Shown here in pieces: positions 16,628 through 21,102 of a stretch of 21,102 nt of DNA. Every line of letters begins with the position of its first letter. Within the stretch, counting starts at the first letter, position 1. Position numbers and translations under genes: made by a program. Source of the DNA: Gemmatimonadota bacterium (GTDB lineage: Bacteria > Latescibacterota > UBA2968 > UBA8231). The DNA lies in NCBI GenBank assembly GCA_038128265.1, contig JAYPJE010000064.1:1-21102 (forward strand), written 5' to 3'. The notes beneath the pieces are model-generated. The model saw nothing but the letters and a program-made list of their open reading frames with translations. It ran no database searches and had not been told where the DNA came from.

Positions 16628-17854
16628 ATGACCAACCGTCCTCGCATCGCCGCGCTCGTCTCCATCTACCATCGCTACGCCCACGCCCAGCACATCGTCG
16701 ACCGCTTTCTGGAGGGCTACGGCTGGAACGGGCGCCACCACCGACCCGAAATGGACGTGGTATCGCTCTACGTAGACCAGGTCAACGAAGCACCTGCCGA
16801 ACCGGAAGAAGGAGCGCGTTACGATTTGAGCCGCGAACGCGCCGCGCGCTTCGGGCAGCTGGAATGCTATCCGACCATTGCCGATGCGCTCATGCGGGGC
16901 ACGGACTCGCTCGACGTCGACGGCGTGCTCATCGTCGCCGAACACGGCGACTATCCAGACAACGAGAAGGGCCAAACGCTGTGGCCGCGCTACGAATTCT
17001 TCAAGCAAATGCTGGCCGTTTTTCGCGCCAGCGGCCGCGGCGTGCCCGTCTTTAACGACAAGCACCTGTCGTGGCGCTGGGACTGGGCCAAGGAGATGTA
17101 CGATGCTTCCGTCGAGCTCGGCTTCCCCTTTATGGCCGGCTCTTCACTGCCCGTCACCTGGCGCACGCCCGATGTCGAAATGCCGCTGGGTGCCGACGTC
17201 AAGGAGGCCATGTGCGTCGGCTGTGGCTGGATCGACGGCGGCGACTTTCACGGCTTTGAAGTGATTCAAGGCATGGTCGAACGCCGGCGCGGAGGCGAGT
17301 CGGGCGTCGAGTGGATCGAAGCCTTTCGCGGCGAGCGGTTCTGGAATGCGCTGCACGAAGGGCGCTGGTCGCGCGCGCTCTTTGATGCCTGCCTGTGCCG
17401 CGGCCACCAACTGACACCCGCGCGCCCCGGGTTTAACAATACGTTTCCAACCCTCGATGAAATGAAGGCGCTAGTCAGCGACCCGTGGGCCTACCAGTAC
17501 AAACACCGCGACGGGCTCGTCTGCACGATGATTGCCATGAACGGCCTCTTTGGCGGCAGCTGGGCGTTTGCCGCCGACGTAGATGGGCGCGAAGATCCGC
17601 TGTCTACCTACATGCACCTGCCCATGCCGCCTAACCCGGCCACGCTGGCCAACTTCTTTTCGCCACAGGTCAATAACATCGAGCAGATGTTTATGACGGG
17701 AAACGCTTCATACCCAATCGAGCGCACGCTGCTGACAACGGGCCTGACCTGCGCCGGCGTCGACAGCCTGCACGAGGGGCAGACTCGCGTAGAAACGCCG
17801 CATCTCGATATCAGCTACCAGCCCAATCCACTGTCGACCTACTGGCGCACCTGA
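16628..17854 (+). CDS. Conserved hypothetical protein, divergent Gfo/Idh/MocA-like oxidoreductase fold
   Basis: 408-aa ORF with coding-like composition. 'LDVDGVLIVAEHGDYP', 'VFNDKHL' (equivalent to the GFO EKP position), 'FMAGSSL' and 'FHGFE' resemble GFO-like proteins, but there is no canonical GxG motif. Confidence 0.75.
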   Translation: MTNRPRIAALVSIYHRYAHAQHIVDRFLEGYGWNGRHHRPEMDVVSLYVDQVNEAPAEPEEGARYDLSRERAARFGQLECYPTIADALMRGTDSLDVDGVLIVAEHGDYPDNEKGQTLWPRYEFFKQMLAVFRASGRGVPVFNDKHLSWRWDWAKEMYDASVELGFPFMAGSSLPVTWRTPDVEMPLGADVKEAMCVGCGWIDGGDFHGFEVIQGMVERRRGGESGVEWIEAFRGERFWNALHEGRWSRALFDACLCRGHQLTPARPGFNNTFPTLDEMKALVSDPWAYQYKHRDGLVCTMIAMNGLFGGSWAFAADVDGREDPLSTYMHLPMPPNPATLANFFSPQVNNIEQMFMTGNASYPIERTLLTTGLTCAGVDSLHEGQTRVETPHLDISYQPNPLSTYWRT

Positions 17855-17950
17855 GAAAACCGCAGAGAGCAGGACTGTTCCGCGTTTTTTGCTTACCTTC
17901 TCCTGTGCAACACGCCCGTCACCAGATCGACGAATGGGAGACTTCTACGC

Positions 17951-19051
17951 ATGAACAGAGTGCCTTCACCAGAGCATAGACACCGCACCCCGGTTGCCCC
18001 CTCTCTGGGGTTAATCGCGGCCGTGCGCTCGCACCTCCCATCATTGGCCTTGCTGAGCGGATTGGTTTTCTTCGCCTTGTCCTCTACGGTGGCGGCCCAA
18101 AAGCACGATCAGACACACGTCGATGGGGAAGCGGTCTCAGCGCGCGTTGATGCGGCGCTAGCGGCCGTATCCGAGCGCATTGATGCCGCAGTTGCACAGG
18201 GTCGCCTAACGCCAGAGGAGGGCGAGGAAAAGCGGCGGCAGGCCCGCGCCGATATCATTTGGAAAGCGGCCCTGAGTATGGACCCGGACCAGTGGCCCGA
18301 GTCCCTGCAAACCCTCATACTCGAACTGCGCCCCGGCGCTACCATTGAACAATTTGCCCAGTGGGCGCGCGACCAACGGCAGAAAAGTGCGCAGGGCGAG
18401 CGGGAAAAACGCATCTGGGCCGCCGCCATGGCGCAGGATCCCAGCGAGTGGTCGGACAGGCTCAAAGCGGCCCTACTCGAGCTTAAACCCGACAGCACCC
18501 TTGAAGCAATCGCCGAGGGCATTCGCCAACGGCAGCGGCTTGGGGAGCTGCGCCAACAGCTGCGCGCTGCCGTCGAGGCCGGCGAGATCACGCCCGAACA
18601 GGCCAGAGAGAAACTGCAGGAAGCGCGCGCTGGAATGGGCGGCGATGCGCAGGGCGAGAGCGAAGACCGCCTGCAGCAGCTAACGGAGAAGTTGCGCGCC
18701 GCGGTTGCTGCCGGCGAAATCACACCCGAACAGGCCAGGCAAAAGCTGCGAGAAGCCAGAGGGCAAATGGGCGAACGCGGCGACGATCGCCGTGCCTCAT
18801 TTCGCCGCGGAGTCCTCGAACGCGCGATGGCCGAAGATCCCGATCAGTGGAGTCAACGACTGCTCGACGCCATTGCGCGCGCCGGCTGGGATGCCGATGC
18901 GCTTGCTGATCGGATCCGTGCCCACCGTGCCCGAGGCAGCGACGGCGAGACCGCAGACCGCGCACTCGCGCAGCTCGTGGAGGATCTCGGATTAGACACG
19001 TCTGTACAGGCAAGGTCGTGGGGTGGGATAAAGAACGATCCGCGCGACTAG
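17951..19051 (+). CDS. Secreted helical-repeat protein with C-terminal SWGxIK motif
   Basis: Signal-peptide-like 'LPSLALLSGLVFFALSSTVAA-Q', two families of internal repeats, and C-terminus 'DTSVQARSWGGIKNDPRD'. The start could be at a downstream GTG. Confidence 0.75.
   Translation: MNRVPSPEHRHRTPVAPSLGLIAAVRSHLPSLALLSGLVFFALSSTVAAQKHDQTHVDGEAVSARVDAALAAVSERIDAAVAQGRLTPEEGEEKRRQARADIIWKAALSMDPDQWPESLQTLILELRPGATIEQFAQWARDQRQKSAQGEREKRIWAAAMAQDPSEWSDRLKAALLELKPDSTLEAIAEGIRQRQRLGELRQQLRAAVEAGEITPEQAREKLQEARAGMGGDAQGESEDRLQQLTEKLRAAVAAGEITPEQARQKLREARGQMGERGDDRRASFRRGVLERAMAEDPDQWSQRLLDAIARAGWDADALADRIRAHRARGSDGETADRALAQLVEDLGLDTSVQARSWGGIKNDPRD
18559..18762 (+). repeat. Intragenic tandem duplication encoding LRAAVxAGEITPEQARxKLxEAR twice
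   Basis: Two diverged copies about 70 nt long, 132 nt apart, sharing GCCGGCGARATCACRCCCGAACAGGCCAG. Confidence 0.8.
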
Positions 19052-19219
19052 CGCGCGCTCAGCCACGCTCGAGTCCCCTTTATAGGCCCTATCTACGTCG
19101 TAAGCAATTTGTATCCACCTCGGCCTTCTGCCACACCTAATGCGGGGCACTGGTTGTAGCTTTGCTACATATGCCTCACCAAAAATAAGTGCAGTGTGAC
19201 CCCCAAAAGGCACTACATC

Positions 19220-20191
19220 ATGCAAAAAAAATCCGAGAATGCGAGCATACAGAGCGGTCCCCTCGATGCGGAGCAGATGCAGGCTTTTGAAGACGACGGC
19301 GCCGTGCTGGTCGATCTGCGCCTCGACCCCGACCTACTGGATAGGGCGGAAGCGGCGTGGGATCGCTTTGACAAGGCGAAAGACGCGACGCCGCTCGGCA
19401 TTTTCGATGACGGCGATTACGTAGAGCTTATTTCGGCGCCGGTGTTTGAGCAGATCGCCCAGCAGGTGCTGCGCAGTGACCGGGTTTTTATTCTCGAAAC
19501 GGGGCGCGCGGGAACGGGGTTGGAACGCGCAGATGCCAACGACAGGGCCCAGCGCAACGACTGGCCGGAGAAACACGGCGTGCGGTCGGAGTGGGCCAAT
19601 TCCATGCACATAGATGTTCAGGTGACGACCGAGGACTTCGAGGCGACGCCGCGGCGGGAGCACCTGGCCATTTGGTTCTGGCTGAACGACGTGCCGGCCG
19701 AACGCGCCGCGATGCGGGTGCTCAAGGGCAGCCATAAACCGCTGGGGGCCCACTGGCAGCATATGCAGCAGCGCTGGAAGGCGAATCCGCACGCGCCCCT
19801 GCCGCTGCAGCACGGGCCGCGCTGGGAGGCCGAAGGCGAGCCCGACGCCCGCCTGTTTGCAGGATTGGAACCTACTGCGATGGCTGCTCCTCGCGGCTAC
19901 GCCCAGGTCTTCTCGCAGTCTCTGCTCCACGCCGGCTGGCATTCAGACGACAGCGAACCGCGCAAGGGCTTCCACATCTCGTGGGTCGCCGACGGAGTGA
20001 GTATTGGAGGGATGCGCTTCAACGATCAAAGCGGACGAATTGACGGCGTGCGCGAACGGAGTGCCAAGCTGCGAGCAGTTATGGACCCAGAACGGCGACG
20101 TGTGGCAATGGACGACGCGACGCTTGAGCGGCTGGTGGGACTTTGGGAGGAAGAATGGCCCCCCACGCTACGCCAGCGCTTCCGGCTCTGA
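19220..20191 (+). CDS. Divergent PhyH family Fe(II)/2-oxoglutarate oxygenase
   Basis: Motifs 'AFEDDGAV', the triad start 'MHID', 'WFWLNDV', 'VLKGSH', distal His 'LLHAG' and 'PRK'. ATG at 19220; alternative GTG at 19196. Confidence 0.8.
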   Translation: MQKKSENASIQSGPLDAEQMQAFEDDGAVLVDLRLDPDLLDRAEAAWDRFDKAKDATPLGIFDDGDYVELISAPVFEQIAQQVLRSDRVFILETGRAGTGLERADANDRAQRNDWPEKHGVRSEWANSMHIDVQVTTEDFEATPRREHLAIWFWLNDVPAERAAMRVLKGSHKPLGAHWQHMQQRWKANPHAPLPLQHGPRWEAEGEPDARLFAGLEPTAMAAPRGYAQVFSQSLLHAGWHSDDSEPRKGFHISWVADGVSIGGMRFNDQSGRIDGVRERSAKLRAVMDPERRRVAMDDATLERLVGLWEEEWPPTLRQRFRL

Positions 20192-20230
20192 GGGCTCTGC
20201 CGGGCCGGCGCTAACTAGATCCGATCCCGC

Positions 20231-21082
20231 TCACGGTTCGCTGCGGCCATCTTTCTGCCGTGGATGGACGCTGGGCTTGCCCAACCACAGTTTCTGATCC
20301 GGGGCTAGCTTCATCGGCTGGCGGTTGTGGAGCCAGCCGCCCTGGGACAGTCCATCGGGAAACTCGTGGACCAGCATACCGGGGCGATTCTTTGGCAACT
20401 GCTGGGCAATGGTCGCGTCGGGACGTGCCACGAAAGAAGCCCAGTTGGAGTAGGGATGCGACGAGTTGTTGGCCACCGCCCACATTGTATTGTCGGCGCA
20501 GCGCGTGGGGACCTGGCGAGTGTTGAGCACGTCTAAGCAGTTCGGGCCCACACCGCGCGCGTTGTAGAAAGAGTGCAACATCAGTTTGACGCCCTCTTCG
20601 CGATAAGCAGCGTATATCTGCGGAAAGCAGATGTCGTAGCAAATGGCCAAGCCAATCTTAACACCCCTGATTTTTTTGACGACTAGACGGTTGCCCGCAG
20701 AGTAGTGCAGCTGGTCGCCTCCCGTGCACATACTCTTGTCGTAGCGATCGACGATAGCACCTTGGGAATCGATGAGGTAAAGGCAATTGGTGGGTTTGCT
20801 ACGCGCGCTGAGGAAGTGCGCCGAACCCAACACGACCCATAAGCCCAGGGCTGCTGCCATATCGCGGAGACAGGCCGTGTTCCAACGCAGCCGCTCCCAG
20901 TCAAAGTCGGCAAACGAAGTAAAATCTGAACCTGCATAGCCCGATAGGCAGGCTTCCGAGGTGTGCAGCAGATGGGCACCGGCGGCAGCGGCTTTTTCCA
21001 TATAGCGGCCGATATATTCGGCGTTCCGGTCAATGTCTTCTGTCACGGGAAACTGGCAGCTAGCTACGCGTAGCTTTTGCAT
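20231..21082 (-). CDS. Carbon-nitrogen hydrolase (nitrilase superfamily) protein
   Basis: Catalytic Glu-Lys-Cys triad contexts 'TSEACLSGY', 'YDKSM' and 'ICYD.FP', plus N-terminal 'LRVASCQF'. Confidence 0.92.
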   Translation of the reverse strand: MQKLRVASCQFPVTEDIDRNAEYIGRYMEKAAAAGAHLLHTSEACLSGYAGSDFTSFADFDWERLRWNTACLRDMAAALGLWVVLGSAHFLSARSKPTNCLYLIDSQGAIVDRYDKSMCTGGDQLHYSAGNRLVVKKIRGVKIGLAICYDICFPQIYAAYREEGVKLMLHSFYNARGVGPNCLDVLNTRQVPTRCADNTMWAVANNSSHPYSNWASFVARPDATIAQQLPKNRPGMLVHEFPDGLSQGGWLHNRQPMKLAPDQKLWLGKPSVHPRQKDGRSEP

Positions 21083-21102
21083 GATCTCACTCCGATGCGT
21101 GG

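Noticed and set aside
19151..19166. Possible sigma54 promoter TGGTTGTAGCTTTGCT (GG-N10-GC)
   Set aside because: The spacing fits, but the conserved CAC after TGG is missing and there is no supporting context.

Overview
GC-rich bacterial chromosomal window with 22 protein-coding genes, one of them truncated at the left edge. I found no rRNA, tRNA, CRISPR array or mobile element. Most genes are orphan catabolic enzymes: two Gfo/Idh/MocA oxidoreductases plus a divergent relative, four PhyH-type Fe(II)/2-oxoglutarate oxygenases, a Cys-type sulfatase, an M20 peptidase, an Ldh_2 dehydrogenase, a nitrilase-superfamily hydrolase and an FMN-binding split-barrel protein. A minus-strand run reads gap - FGE-domain membrane protein - DtxR-like regulator - SBF/BASS symporter - sulfatase - spermidine-synthase-like methyltransferase - ProX. 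This repertoire, together with a C-terminal 'SWGxIK' motif, suggests a Latescibacterota/Poribacteria-like marine or sponge-associated organism (inference). The main leads are: (1) a PhyH homologue with an H-A-A triad in place of H-x-D, a candidate radical halogenase; (2) a secreted protein built from two kinds of helical repeat and ending in a putative T-x-V-x3-SWG-x-IK sorting signal; (3) a mutually exclusive antiterminator/terminator structure in the long gap leader; (4) a DtxR variant with remodelled metal ligands and a four-Cys tail; (5) a symporter resembling plant plastid BASS4; (6) a set of membrane-anchored coiled-coil proteins. All family assignments come from reading motifs by eye; no database searches were run.
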